A stretch of DNA of 63,747 bases, counting the filler, from Reticulomyxa filosa (Eukaryota; Protista; Foraminifera), in NCBI GenBank assembly GCA_000512085.1. It is 16 parts of 16 records of this genome, joined end to end, with 100 filler letters (N's around TTAATTAATTAA, not from the genome) between each part and the next. Parts side by side here need not be neighbours in the genome. Positions count along the whole stretch, not along the records: positions 25,043 to 27,750 come from ASPP01026344.1; positions 27,851 to 34,001 come from ASPP01007752.1; positions 34,102 to 37,034 come from ASPP01019687.1; positions 37,135 to 38,222 come from ASPP01045085.1; positions 38,323 to 39,329 come from ASPP01004277.1; 11 more parts are not named here. One strand, given 5' to 3'. Position 1 is the first letter of the stretch, and every line of letters begins with the position of its first letter. Below the pieces are notes generated by a model. That model did no database searches. It was not told the origin of the DNA and was given only the letters and a program-made list of their open reading frames with translations. Position numbers and translations under genes: made by a program. Positions 25,250-39,429 of this stretch are shown one piece after another.

Positions 25250-26125
25250 GGTGGAAGAGTAGATGACAGTCGGAGTGGTAGGAAGACGTGTGGGCTTGGG
25301 CGTAGTGGGCGCCTTGGATGGACCACGAGTGGGTGCAGTAGGGGGTCGTGTGGGTATGGTGGGGTAATTGGTCGGAGGCTTGACAGGATGCTTAGTAGGC
25401 GAATGCGTGGGACTTGGAGAGTTGCAACCACTTTGGCCATTGTGACAAATGGACAACTGTCCCACATTGACGTTGTATGTCGTGCTCCCTTGCGTCTTCC
25501 ATTGCACTTGCGTCGCTAATGTAAAGTTTTGTCCCAACCCCATCGCCGCCGTCTTCTTCATTGACTTGCTTATCGCCAACCAATTGTTTGAGTCGCATGG
25601 CGTCGTTGATATCACCGCTTCATACTGTTGGCTTCCGTACACTTCAAACAGGTAATATGTTGCCGATGATGATGTATCCTTGAATTCAAACATCCATGTA
25701 CCTATTTTAAAAAAAAAATTCAATTACATATGTATATATATGTATATATGTATATATGTATATACATATATGTATTTATATGTAGTTGCTTATTTTGCCT
25801 ACTCACCATTCCAGTAACATGCTGATGAACTTGTACAGTTGAGGTCCCCACAATTATCGTTTCTATATATTCCCAACGATTTCTTTTTCACGTAAAATCC
25901 ATTCAAATATTGTCCATTCGTGCTGCTAAAGGTCACTTTGTAATCTGTTTTTTTCCCCACAAACTGCTGCTTTATATGTGTTTTGTTTTTTTTTTTTGCT
26001 GTTTTTTCAAACACAGAACAAGTGTGTTGGCTCAGGTTGGGGTTTCGACTAAATGTTGCTGCTGCAATACCCAACCATGTTGCCAGCAGCAGTAACGTTG
26101 ACCAGACACTTTTTTGCAATGTCAT
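25250..26125 (-). CDS. Secreted or cell-surface protein: signal peptide, Cys-containing beta-rich domain, Pro/Thr-rich mucin-like stalk; 3'-partial
   Basis: Signal-like MTLQKSVWSTLLLLATWLGIAAA; spliced exons; PTHSPTKHPVKPPTNYPTIPTRPPTAPTRGPSKAPTTPKPT. Confidence 0.7.
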
Positions 26126-26841
26126 TTGCTTTATTCACTCTTTCCCTTCTGTGTGTCGTGAATATAATTTGTCTGTTTAGTGTCTATATAATTCGAGGGG
26201 AAAAAAATTTGAACCCTTTTTTTGGACTTTTCAGAAAACGAAACCATGTACTTGATGTTTTATAATTCAATGCTAATATATTAACAATATAAAAAAATTA
26301 TTCAAAAAGATTTTACGTTATGAAATTGAATTACACTATCACCTAAACACGCTGCAATTATTGGACACCTGGAAAATATTTTAAATCGTTTACATAGTCA
26401 TATTTTACTTTCAATTTTCTAATTTTTGCCTAGTTCAACATAATATTGTGTTGTCATATCATGTAAAAAATTGCACATTCAACAATCAAATCAATTCTTC
26501 TTTTCCGACTATGTCACAAATAACACTTTTTTTAAATTGGTTTTTTAAATGTAATTTGCTTTTCAATCAGTAAAAATATAAAAAAAGATATTAGTTTTAT
26601 TAAATCGCATTTTGCTATTTTTATGGGTAATGACAATTGAAAATGAGCGCTTTTTTTTTTTGGTAGTTTGCACCATAACCTATGAAAGCATATAGACAAT
26701 GAAGAGGTATTGCGACTTAATCTTTTTCTAGAAAAAAAAGACATGATTACTTAAACGAAGTTTAAATTTTTTGCATTTGACAACAGCAAAAAAACCAACA
26801 AAAACAAAAAGAAATGGAGAAAAAAAAGAAGGAATTGTACA

Positions 26842-27670
26842 CTACTGCTGATCAAACTTTTCAGAAACAACGACACCATCACTTAGAACCACATCAACAT
26901 TTTCTTTGTCTTTATCGGACCCAGTGGCAGAAGACTTTTTGCTGTGATCATTATCATCAGTGATAGAATCTCTTTGATCATTTGAAATGGTGTTGGAAAC
27001 AACATGATGCAAAGATGGAGCTTTATCATTGAAATCCACATCAAGTCCAGGAGTGGGGAAATGTTTTTCTTCGTCCATTTTTTCTTCTCTCTTTTCATCA
27101 TCTTCCTCATCTTCCTCATCCTCCTTTTTCTGTTCTATATCCTTATTATGATTATGATTATTATTCTCATGAATGAGCTTGGATGGAGGCAGAGGATCCT
27201 GATGACTGTGTTTATCATCGTCAGTAAGAGTTTTCTTAGCACTTTTTTTAACCTCGCTTTGCCAGTGCCCGACTCGGTAAGATTTCGAATAGTCGCCTGC
27301 TCTTGAACAGTGGTGATGATTTTGAGTTTCTGCAGCTGCCGAGGTTTGTACCAGAAAATGTACAAGGACGTCGCGATTCCCAGCAAACACAAAAGTGCGA
27401 CAAAGGTGGACACCAAAGGGATGAGCAAATACGCCGGCAAGTCTTTTAGCTTGGAGCAATTTTCAATGCAAATTTCATCGCTAAAGTAGTACACCACACT
27501 CACTGACACTTGTCCATTGTACAAATCCTCAATCTCATCTTGCAAATGATGAGTGAACACACTCGTCCCATTTCCTTTTCCATTGTCCGTGACAATGGCA
27601 TAAATATCTCGATACAATGAAAAGTTATACGTCCAGATACGTACCTCCAACTCCACTGACTCTATCATTT
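26842..27670 (-). CDS. C-terminal part of a single-pass membrane protein with an acidic cytoplasmic tail, 5'-partial
   Basis: TM segment LLIPLVSTFVALLCLLGIATSLYIFWY followed by KPRQ. The frame shifts at the A run ~27243-27251 into the D/E-rich tail ending SEKFDQQ*. Confidence 0.6.
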
Positions 27671-27750
27671 TGGAACATTTTCAAAAAAAAAAAGAGTGTA
27701 TTATGTGTATGCAAAAAAAAAAAAAGAGAGTAAAAAAAAAAAACTAAAAA

Positions 27751-27850
27751 NNNNNNNNNNNNNNNNNNNNNNNNNNNNNNNNNNNNNNNNNNNNTTAATT
27801 AATTAANNNNNNNNNNNNNNNNNNNNNNNNNNNNNNNNNNNNNNNNNNNN
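27751..27850. other. Artificial contig spacer
   Basis: 44 N + TTAATTAATTAA + 44 N. Confidence 0.98.
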
Positions 27851-28151
27851 GGGGGGGGAGGACAGAGACCAAATCAGTGAGTTGTTAGGATTTGGAACTG
27901 AGTCAAACCAGTATTTGGAATATCGACCACATAAATCTCAGCCCTCCTCGGAAGGACAAGGAGAGCATGAAATGAAAACCCCGCAGGATCACTTGAGTTC
28001 ACCGGGGCATCATCAAACCGGGAAAACGAAGGCTAGTGGCTCTGCTCCTTCCAATACCAATCGCTCCACAGGACGCAGCCACGTCAACACTCAGGACACA
28101 AGGGACGACCATCGCCCTAAAAATGATAATAGTCAGCGCAAGACGCAATGA
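27851..28151 (+). CDS. Disordered C-terminal exon of an unknown gene, 5'-partial
   Basis: GC-richer open frame ending ...NSQRKTQ* followed by AT-rich 3' sequence. Confidence 0.4.
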
Positions 28152-28615
28152 CAGTATCTTTCGAAATTCTATTGTTCTTATCTAGAAACCGTTACATTTT
28201 TTAAGTTTTTTTTTTTTTTTTTTGTTAAAACTTCGAGTGTTGGATGAAGCTTAAAAAAAAAAAATACGCTCTTTCTCTGAACTTTCATTCAAAGGCAATA
28301 GATTCTATCATATTCCCAATTGTCAACAAAACTTTTGTGTATGTCTCTCAAGGGAGACTGCATATTATAACAACAAAATCACAGTATCAATTATGAAAGG
28401 AGTGGCCACAGACAAAGGTTAGTGGGCTAATGTATGTCTGGAAAAAAAAAAAAAAATGACATATTGTTTTTTTAAGTTTTTGAAACATTAATTGGTGCTT
28501 TGAATGGAAATGTTCTTCAACAGCAACAACAACAAAGAAAGTAAATAATAAGAGTCAAAATTTTTTGTGGCAATGACAGGAGACATTTGAATGAATTTAA
28601 AAAGAAAGAGTGATA

Positions 28616-29437
28616 TTAAGAAATGCGAACATGAATTAATGCATTCACAACCAGAACGCCCAGATGCTTGCCCGAAAAGGTTTGTTCTCGAATGTCAGTA
28701 ACACTGAAGTCTACTGGTGGTATGTGGAGCCACTCGATAGTGTCCAACTTGACACAGTGCACAAGTTTTTGAAACCATTCATCAGACACAGTGCTAGTGA
28801 TACTATTGACATTTTTGCATTCAATTTCAAAATACATATAGTCAGTAGGCTTGTTGAACACATAAAGTAATCCGGCATGGATGTGCACTCCACTAACGTG
28901 GGTATAAGAATGTCCTTTAACGTGCAACGTTTTAAAAGGTTTTTTCTCCAATTTGAATGGAGCAATAAATACATCTGTCATTGAATAATCACATTCAATG
29001 ATACGATTATTATCAAACAGAATATGGCATGTCGACGTTTTCATATCGTCAGAACTTTCCTGGAACCTGCTGTGACAAACAATTGCCAGGCACTGATTCG
29101 GTATTATTTTTTTTTTCTTCTTTTTGTCAGCTTGGAGGGTGGCATTACTTTTATTCTTGCTTGAATGTTGAATGCTTTGTTTCAGCAACCCGTGAGTATA
29201 AGTTGTCGCTTTTTGATGCGCTTCGGTGCTTGTTTTGTGATGTGGCTTCGAATAGATTGACGACAGCCAATGTGTTTCGTGTCTTTGATGCTGTCTTTGG
29301 ATGTCTAACAAAATGTGCAGTTTTTGATCACAACGTGAAACTCCCAGTAGCATTATGCATTCGTCCAATGTTTTTAACTGCTGGGAAGCGTTGAGTGACT
29401 TGCCTATCCATACCCTTCCAACAATCATGCAATTCAT
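28616..29437 (-). CDS. Hypothetical protein (273-aa ORF, may include an in-frame intron)
   Basis: ATG-initiated ORF with a globular-looking C-terminal half; no motif recognised. Confidence 0.5.
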   Translation of the reverse strand: MNCMIVGRVWIGKSLNASQQLKTLDECIMLLGVSRCDQKLHILLDIQRQHQRHETHWLSSIYSKPHHKTSTEAHQKATTYTHGLLKQSIQHSSKNKSNATLQADKKKKKKIIPNQCLAIVCHSRFQESSDDMKTSTCHILFDNNRIIECDYSMTDVFIAPFKLEKKPFKTLHVKGHSYTHVSGVHIHAGLLYVFNKPTDYMYFEIECKNVNSITSTVSDEWFQKLVHCVKLDTIEWLHIPPVDFSVTDIREQTFSGKHLGVLVVNALIHVRIS

Positions 29438-29976
29438 TTGTTTATTTGCTTGTTGCCAATAGTTATTAGAGATTTTTCATTTACTCAACTTTGTTGTGCC
29501 CACCATCATTAACGATAATTATTTTTTTAAAAGTTCATTTAAGGACCTTAGCGTGTGAAGACACAGCTTCTGGTTTTGTGTCATTTATCAGAAATTAAAA
29601 TACATATATTTTTTGCTTACAAAATATGAACGCACAAATCATTGTAAGAAGCTCCACAATGTCTTCAGTAGCCAATTCTTTACATTGCTGCATTTAACAG
29701 TAAAATATCGGTTAATTTACTGACCTTACTACACAAAAAAAAAATACTTGAAATTTCAAAAAAAATAAAAAATACACCAGCTTTTTACGTTAATCCAGTG
29801 TCTAACACGTAATGAAGTATCATAACATTGGCTGTGCTGGAAATATACACACTCAATTTACTGCAAAACCAAGCGTTGCACCCAGCAACATTTCTTGCTC
29901 AGCCTCCAAAAGTAGATATGCGAAAGAAGCCAAGATAGGTGGATTTCCAGGCTTTGTGGATAATAATCTGAGCATC

Positions 29977-31493
29977 ATGTCGAGTCAAAATCAAGAAGAT
30001 CCTGCTGTTTTTCATTCTGATACAATCACTCAAGAAATTCGAATTAATGAATCCATGCCACTGCCACCTTCAAGATATATCACAATACATCGGTGTGCTC
30101 CTTGCACTGGAAACAAAGGCAGACAAGCGCCTGTTGATCTTCAGGTAATATTTTTTGTCCATGTGTATTATAATTTTTTTTTATGTACCAAATGTTTTCG
30201 AAACAGGGAGAAGCGGAATTTTTGCAAAAAAAAAAAAAAAAAAAAACGAATTTTTTATTTGAAAACAAAAAGAATAAATTTTGGAGTGTGTACATAAAAT
30301 GTATATTGGTAAGACAAACGCCAATAAATCGACAAAAGCAAAGTGTCATAATGCGACGCATACTCATCAAACAGTGGCGAATGTACCGCAAAGTGGCAAT
30401 TGGAATATCAAAGGGGGGAATGCAGCGATCGGATATCCATCATCGTATCAGGGACATGTACTGTGTGAGACGAGTACTGCGAGTCAAGGGATAAATACGT
30501 CGTTCAGAACGAAGCAGCGAGAAGTGCGAAGGGGCAGTGACGTATCCCACGACGAAAACAAAAAGCGGAATAATGAGATCGATTTGAGTCATAAAAAAGA
30601 AGAGTATGAAAGTGATCATCACATGAGGAATACCTACAACATCCATGACTTTGGGATCGAACATGGTGGTCAAGGACCATATTGCAATGTTTCTCGAGTG
30701 ATGACAACATCTGGCCCTAGAGGACATTGGAGCTCAAACTCAAACTCAAACTCAAACTCAAACTCAAACTCAAATAAAAAAAATAAAATTGCCAGTCATG
30801 TGCCGACAATAGCAATAAGAGGAGGTACCACGAATGTGGCATGTGGACAACAACAAGATATGCCAATAAAATGGGGGATGGACCCTGGTGATATGCCTAC
30901 AACAACATCGCAAGGATTGGGCCTCGTAATTCGAACGTCCATGCATGGAAGCGAACATATATCGTCGCTGTCGCCCTCTGCGATTGTGAATGCAAAGTCA
31001 TTCTCGCGAAGTGATACATTGAATGGAAGTGGTAGTAATAGTAATAGTAATAGTAGTAGCAGCAATGAGTCAACTCAAGAAAGAGTGTCACTGTCGTTTG
31101 CCGCCAATGCGCAAGAGTACTCGAAGCGATCCCTAGTCTCTTCTTCTTCGCCTTCATATATGACGACGACGACGACGACTCAAATGAACACTGTCCCTAA
31201 TGCATTATCGACACAATCCAACAACTACCTGCAAATGAGCAGCTCAGTGCACCCCGTGGCCACCACAACAACGACCACCACACTTATTCACACGTTACCA
31301 CGCAGAACGTCCAACGACAACATTGCGTCCATCTCTCCAATCATCACCACCAGCACTACTGACCCCACTTATCCCACACGTTACCTTACTGGACATTGTC
31401 GAAACGTTTCCAACGTCGTTGCAGACACGTCTACATTTGCGCAAAATCCCATTACGGCCACAACTACTACTAATATCATCCACACTAATAATA

Positions 31494-31570
<77 letters not shown>

Positions 31571-33885
31571 CACCATCATCATCAAGTAAAACACATCACA
31601 TGGAATACCCCAATTGCAAGTGAACAAATTCCATCTTCTCAATTTCACTCCACTTGTGCGATACGAACAAATCATCATGACCACGCCGGTGGGGCCTTTG
31701 CAAATACACCTGCAACTGCAGCTGCTTTCTACAACTACAATACGGCGGACAAAATCGCTTTTGATTCCACAAACAAAGTGATACTTTCTCCTTTGCCCGC
31801 TCAAACCGCCGACTTCCAAGTTTGCAAAGCCCCTGAAAATTCCCCTTCTCAAAACAATTATGCTGTCGCTTTTCCTTTGCGTCCTATCTCTGCCGTCCAT
31901 GAAATACAAGCCGTCAGCGACGAATATCACATCATAGCCAAGAACAATGACAACCACAATGGCAATGATAGCACCAACCATGGTAACAGCAACAGCAATA
32001 GCAATAGCAATAGCAATAGCAATGTACTAACCCATGCCACTTTGGCATTGCATGACCAACTAATGAACTTAATGAAGAGCACTACCGCCGACCGAACTTC
32101 ACGCTATTGGAAAACGTTTTATTCACTTTCAAAGCCAAAAACAGCTGCTGTGAATAATTGTCAGGAAACTCTGCCACGTGACGTTCGTAGAAAGCCCTCC
32201 TCAATAAATCGAGCCAAAGATAAGAAAAAAGTTATCAAATATCCCAATCGCAGTCGCAAGCAGAATCACAGTCATAATCATAACCACGATCAAAATCACA
32301 ATCAAAATCAAAATCACGATCGCAATCGCAATCGCAATCGCAATCGCAATTGCAAAGACACCATTTCGGAATCTGCTCCTTCGAGCACAGAAGACGCAAT
32401 GATCGTGGAGGAGCCCACGCACATACCCAGCGCACAACACAAAAGAAAATTACAAGGACATAATAACAACAGCAAGGATGAAAAAAAAGATACCAAATCT
32501 TCCAAAAAAAAACAAACCAAACACGCTTCCAAGTTTGCTTCGTCCAAAAACCACAAACCGATATGCAATACCGATGACAGCAACAAAAATGTAATTCGTC
32601 ATCAAGATTCCACTGACGACTCAATACCAACAAAATTGCCAACAGCAATAAAGAAAAAAAAACACAATTCCAACTCAACCACACGAAAACCACATGAATC
32701 ACATTCAAATCCTTCGTCTCCTGTGCAAGACTTTCCGCAACTGAGCTTACTTGACTGCAGTGATAACACGAACGAGGGATTACACATCTGCGATACGTAT
32801 ACGTCAGAGCTTAGAAACGATGCACGTTGCAAAGAAGTGGCCCCCGTTGGCAAATCCAAACGCTCTTCCAATCCAATGCAAGATGACACAAACGTCCAGT
32901 TAACAAATGAACATAGCAATAACAATAATGAAAATAAGAATGATGACAGTAATGATCATGGGCATGAAGAAAAACATGATGACGAATTTTTTCTTGAGCA
33001 CACTATGTTTGTGGACAACACACAGCAAAGTTCTAAACAATCTCATTCACGATCTTCACGCATAAGTTTCACATCCGGTTTCAGCAACCAATCAAAAATG
33101 AACAGTCGTTTGCTGGAGAAGACCAGCTCAACCATCTCAAAAAAAGACACCGACGTTGACACAGACATCACTCGACCAACCGATCAAAGAAGTTGGACAA
33201 CGTCCTCACAAAAGCAAGCACTTCCGTCTTTGGTGCCATCGTTTTCCAAAAAACACACTTTTTATAAGTATGCTAGCCAAAGTCAGCCCCCTTATCATTT
33301 GCGATTCGTGCCGACCAAATTGTATCACAAGAGTACTCGAACCATTGCTGTACGTTTGCAATTTTGTTGTTGTTGTCGTTGTTGTTGTCGCTGTTGTTGG
33401 TTCTTCTTTCATTCTATCTTTTCCATTGTCTTTCTCTCCCCCCCCCCCCCTTCTTTTTGCCAATAATAGCTTTTACATGCCGCAGTGTCAACGAATTTGC
33501 TCTTCAAGCAGTTCAATAGCAAAATGATCGAAAATGTAGTGAGCTTGATGTATCGCATTGACATTGGCGCAAATCAACAAATTATGTGCAAAGGAAAAGT
33601 CAACCAAGCCTTTTTTGTGGTGGAAAAGGGACTTTTGCGACGCCTTCCCGAAATTGATGAAAATTCATTCGATACCGGCTTGGATCCTGAAGCACACAAT
33701 TCTGAGTATTACCAGCACCAAGACTCGTTTGGTGTCAAGGTTTTGCTATATGGATCGGACCCAACATGCACTGTCGAAACCTTGCAAAATTCCAGACTGT
33801 GGGCACTTGAATTCGATGTGTACATGCAGATTAAAAAGCCACGATCCGAAAAGTTGCGAATGTTGCAATTGATTGAACCTTTCAG
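29977..33885 (+). CDS. Large low-complexity protein with a degenerate cyclic-nucleotide-binding (PKG/PKA-R-like) domain, 3'-partial
   Basis: Exon 1 ends ~30145 and exon 2 is ~1000 aa rich in N/T/S/H. Intron 33350-33469 joins KSTRTIA|LLHAAVSTNLLFKQFNSKMIENVVSLM...IMCKGKVNQAFFVVEKG...SFGVKVLLYGSDPTCTVETLQNSRLWALEFDVY. Confidence 0.75.
31487..31570 (+). repeat. (AAT)n microsatellite encoding poly-Asn
   Basis: About 27 near-perfect AAT units inside the large exon. Confidence 0.95.
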
Positions 33886-33967
33886 TTACATTTTTTTTTT
33901 TTTTTTTTTTTACGATACGTATAATTTATTTTTCTTTTCTCTTTGTCATCGAAAACGAACAAACAAT

Positions 33968-34001
<34 letters not shown>

Positions 34002-34101
34002 NNNNNNNNNNNNNNNNNNNNNNNNNNNNNNNNNNNNNNNNNNNNTTAATTAATTAANNNNNNNNNNNNNNNNNNNNNNNNNNNNNNNNNNNNNNNNNNN
34101 N
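34002..34101. other. Artificial contig spacer
   Basis: 44 N + TTAATTAATTAA + 44 N. Confidence 0.98.
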
Positions 34102-34960
<859 letters not shown>

Positions 34961-34999
34961 TATATGTAGATTCGTTACAATGCAAGCAAAAATCGCGAG

Positions 35000-37034
35000 T
35001 GGGACTGCATGCATAATGGGGGTACACTTGCATCGATATTAACACATGTAAATTCTAGCATTTAGTATTTTTCAGTTAGCAAAAGCAAGCTCAAGAACAT
35101 GTAATGATAAAACGTAATCGATACTAGCTCAAAACCTGGATATTCAAATTAAATATATTATATATATATGTATTTTTAAAATACAAGTCGTTTAATATCT
35201 TGAAATTTCACTGTAATTCGATTGTATGTTATCTTTGCAAATAGATGCTGATTTTCAACTTTGAAAAGAGCAATTGCAAAACAATTTAATATTTATCAAG
35301 AACTGAAAAACTTATATACAATTGATAAAATTAACACAATAATTATATTAGTATATGATATTTGCATATTATGTTGAATTGTAGATATAAATTTACAAAT
35401 GATAAAACTAAAATAAAGACAGTTGTAATTGATTAGAAAAAGTTTATACAGTGTACATTATGGCATTAGATATTGAAATTATAAATTTTATTTCGTACGA
35501 TAATATAACTGAAACAATATTTGGAATTTCAAATACAACATTATTAAGTAACTATGTAAATATAATAAATTTATATTTAGAATTATAATTTAAATCGTGA
35601 TCAATGTCTACAAGAACAAATTCTAATGCAAATTACAAAATTTTGACATCAAATTAAGTAATCATTTGAGGAATATATAATGAATACATTATATGAATAG
35701 GCATGAAATTGTAAATACTTGTAGGATAATGATTGGTCATTAAAGATAAATATCAATTTCAGTTTATTAAATTACAATTTACTATAAAATGAATAACAAC
35801 GAATTTGATTTGATATTGATGCAATTTGTCAATTATTAAAATACATTCAATTAAATCAAAAGGACAAAGATAAGAATTTAAAATTATATAATATTGTAAA
35901 TTTTATGTGAATGAAATTTAAAACAAATTAAATTAAGATAATTAAATTTTAATGTTACTGAATTTAAATAGATTCAAGAAGAATAGAATATATATTATAC
36001 AAATGAATAGAATAAATGTAACGACATAAAGGTAACAAATGATAATTACGCAATTGAAGCAAAACTATTTTAGATATAACTATTTAATATAACTTTAACT
36101 TTAATCAATGTGCAAACATATATGATAAATTTATAATAGATTCAAAACAATCTTTTTGAATGATTTTGTTTCAATCAGAATGCGTAAATATAGTTTGTGA
36201 TATTTATGTGTTAAATTTCATTTATTTCATTTGTCCAATATGTCAACAAATTATTTAGTCAATCTTTGGAAGTAAAATTATAAGTTTATGAATCAACGTC
36301 AGAAGAGATATTGAACATTATAAATGGAAAGACAATTGTGATACTTGCAGATGGAAGTTAAAAACCAGACACATGACTTGGAGGAGCAGGATTGGTCATT
36401 TAAGATAAGCTAAATCTTTCTGATTGTAAATTTGTTGAATGCGATTTATAACAAATGAAACTATGTACATTTCTCAAGATTTGGAAGTATTGTAATTTGA
36501 ATTGATAATTTTACTTGGTGTGTATATTGATCAGGTTGCAAATCTGGAACACCAACTTCAAATGCATGAATATTCCAATGGAGCATCTGTTATATTGAAT
36601 AGTTTATAACTACATTGATATTATTTGAATTTTTTACAATATGTTCTTGTGTATTTCTGCAGCTCCGTTCCAAGACTTCTGATAATTGTTATGTATAATA
36701 AATTATACACAGACAAACGGATGAATCACATTGTGAGAACACTGAACGTCAAATAACCAAGCTTCATTGATGATTTGCACAAATAACACCAAATATTTTA
36801 CACTATAGTTTTTTCGATGTCATTCACATTCAATTTCATCTTTGGGATTTTTTATCTGGAGCCAATAACATTTTCCATTTTGATGATCATAATGATACAT
36901 TATCCAAACTTAGCAAAAAGTTATTTTTTGGAGGGAATTGAAGTTTGTGCCGGCAGTATACTGGACATCTTTCAGATTTAAAGGTTATTTTTGATATTTG
37001 GTATCATCAATATTCGGACATTGTAAAATTATTG
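35000..37034. mobile_element. Heavily decayed non-LTR retrotransposon (LINE-like) fragments: RNase H on +, RT on -
   Basis: + strand 36302-36405: EEILNIINGKTIVILADGS*KPDT*LGGAGLVI (RNase H DGS...GGAG motif). - strand ~36900-36540: SLDNVSL*SSKWKMLLAPDK, VKYLVLF, SWNGAAEIHKNIL*KIQ, PLEYSC (LINE RT C-terminal and thumb motifs). Confidence 0.6.
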
Positions 37035-37134
37035 NNNNNNNNNNNNNNNNNNNNNNNNNNNNNNNNNNNNNNNNNNNNTTAATTAATTAANNNNNNNNNN
37101 NNNNNNNNNNNNNNNNNNNNNNNNNNNNNNNNNN
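37035..37134. other. Artificial contig spacer
   Basis: 44 N + TTAATTAATTAA + 44 N. Confidence 0.98.
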
Positions 37135-38222
37135 AGCGCAAGGCTCAGAAGAAGATAGATGGGCGAAGGAAGTGACCCAACAAAGATGGAGTGCGAGCAG
37201 CACGTGTGGCCGCTGCTATCGATGTGGAGAAGCAAATTCATCAAAATGAAATTGGTTTTTCCAATGCTCAAAATGTGACCATGCCGACCTGCGTTTGCGA
37301 TTATCATTGACATATTGTAGTTTCAATGTTCAATCCAAAGAGAATATATCAAATCTCGAACTCAATATCGTCACTCGTGGTGCGGGAAATCATAGATACT
37401 TTGCTCATCTTCGATGTTACGTAGCAAACAGAATAGTGAAATGTGAAGTAGGACCCTGTGAGCAAAGAGATAAACCAAGGAATGAAATTAATATCAAGAC
37501 TTTGCAAACATTTGCAAGACATTGAAAAGTATAAAAAGTGCTTGGTCAACAAAGAAACATTGCGTAGAAATCAAATCGGGCGAAAAGACCAGTTCAAATA
37601 ATAGTTGCACCATTTGGAAACAGTACCTCCTTCAACTCGCAAAATTTGACTCGTGAAAAACAACACAAGGAAGATAATCGACCAGTGAACGGAAGAGATA
37701 ACGAAATGTCTTTGGATGAATCAAAAAAGCGATAGTGAAAAAGCGGAAGAAGCGAGCGAATGAAGATTAGGATGAAAATGAAGACGAAGACAACAAAGCT
37801 GGACATATGGACCCGCAAAAAAGATGGTGAATTTGGTGATATGGCTATCAGCGATCGAGTTCGAATATTGGGAAAAAAAACATGTGTCATGCGCTATCAA
37901 AACAAAATCCAATTCGAGCGTGAAGACTACGTGAATTTATCTCGAGGAAAAGCAGGAGTGGCAAAGTACATTGGAGAAATCGATTTGATGATTGAAATCG
38001 TTCAAACCCGACGATCGCATCTAGTTTTAGTCAATGGATGGGCGACAAGTGTAAATACATTGGTTATTTCCTTTTGCCAAGGGTGAAGTTATGGGCATTA
38101 AATTAGGTTTGTTTTTTTAGAAACACTTTTTTTTAAATATGTGATGCTATGTTGTACTTTTTTTTATAGATGTATAAAATCCTGGTGCTCATGACGGTAT
38201 GTACAACAAACCGCTACTTTCA
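37135..38222 (+). pseudogene. Degenerate multi-CAP-Gly protein pseudogene
   Basis: Fragments ISDRVRIL..., YVNLSRGKAGVAKYIGEID, GEVMGIKL|...PGAHDG...RYF, interrupted by stops and frameshifts. Confidence 0.55.
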
Positions 38223-38322
38223 NNNNNNNNNNNNNNNNNNNNNNNNNNNNNNNNNNNNNNNNNNNNTTAATTAATTAANNNNNNNNNNNNNNNNNNNNNN
38301 NNNNNNNNNNNNNNNNNNNNNN
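38223..38322. other. Artificial contig spacer
   Basis: 44 N + TTAATTAATTAA + 44 N. Confidence 0.98.
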
Positions 38323-39329
38323 CCGCCTGCCCAGATGTACTGAATGTGGTTATGTACTGTCTCTTCACGTCTGCGAGTGGATATTTGCATATTTACAGAC
38401 ACACTACCTTCACATAGAGCGCGTCAATCAAAGAATGAATAAGTGTTTGAAAAAGTCTTGCAGTGATAACCCGAGCAATTGAAAAGAGTTTGTTCGCCAT
38501 CAACGAGGTCCACACAAGCCTTTGATACTGTGCCACCCCGACAATTGTCCGCAAAGAATCCGTCGAACTGCTATGTACAGACTTCAACGAACAAGTGAAA
38601 CTCGTTTGTTATAGAAATGATTCTAATTATTTGTGTCGAAACTGGTCATGTGTGTGTGCGCACATTCGCAACTTTGAATTTTTAATCGTGCATGTGCTGC
38701 TGATTGGAAGAATGGTGAATTCGCGAGTGACAAAGGCATTGCAACCAGTCCTCTCTCTCTCTTTTGACAAATAATCATTTTCTGACTCAGTTTGGCAAAG
38801 ATTATCGGCTCTCATTCGGCAAACGCAAGGCGCGCGACTCTTGCACTGATGATCTCCGAGATCGACTATGAACTACGGATGGCATGTTGGATGCGATATC
38901 ATTGAATCGTCAATCCAAATATTATCAAATGGACGCGTGGTGATGGATGCAGAGATTTCTAGAACGGCCATTATCCAACGTCAATGTATCCCCTTTCATT
39001 GTCATAAAGGCTGCAAGAGTGGATGAATGTCGCCTTTAGAAATATCTATCATAAAATAGGCATTGGAATAGTTAAAAAAAAATGTACCAGTTCAATTGCG
39101 GACAATCTTTTTTTTTCTTTGTAAGCTTGCTTTTGTAGTCTGGCAGCACCAAGATTCAGAAAGAGAGATGTTAGAATATAGCTCAAAATAAAAACGATAT
39201 CGATATCACCTTATCGCAACAGGAGCAGCGACTGTATTGATCGAGAAAATGGAAGAAATTGAAGACAAAGAAGAAGATGTGGACGTCATAATAAATAATC
39301 ACATTATTGCGGTCGAGTAAGCCACTTTC

Positions 39330-39429
39330 NNNNNNNNNNNNNNNNNNNNNNNNNNNNNNNNNNNNNNNNNNNNTTAATTAATTAANNNNNNNNNNNNNNN
39401 NNNNNNNNNNNNNNNNNNNNNNNNNNNNN
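39330..39429. other. Artificial contig spacer
   Basis: 44 N + TTAATTAATTAA + 44 N. Confidence 0.98.
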
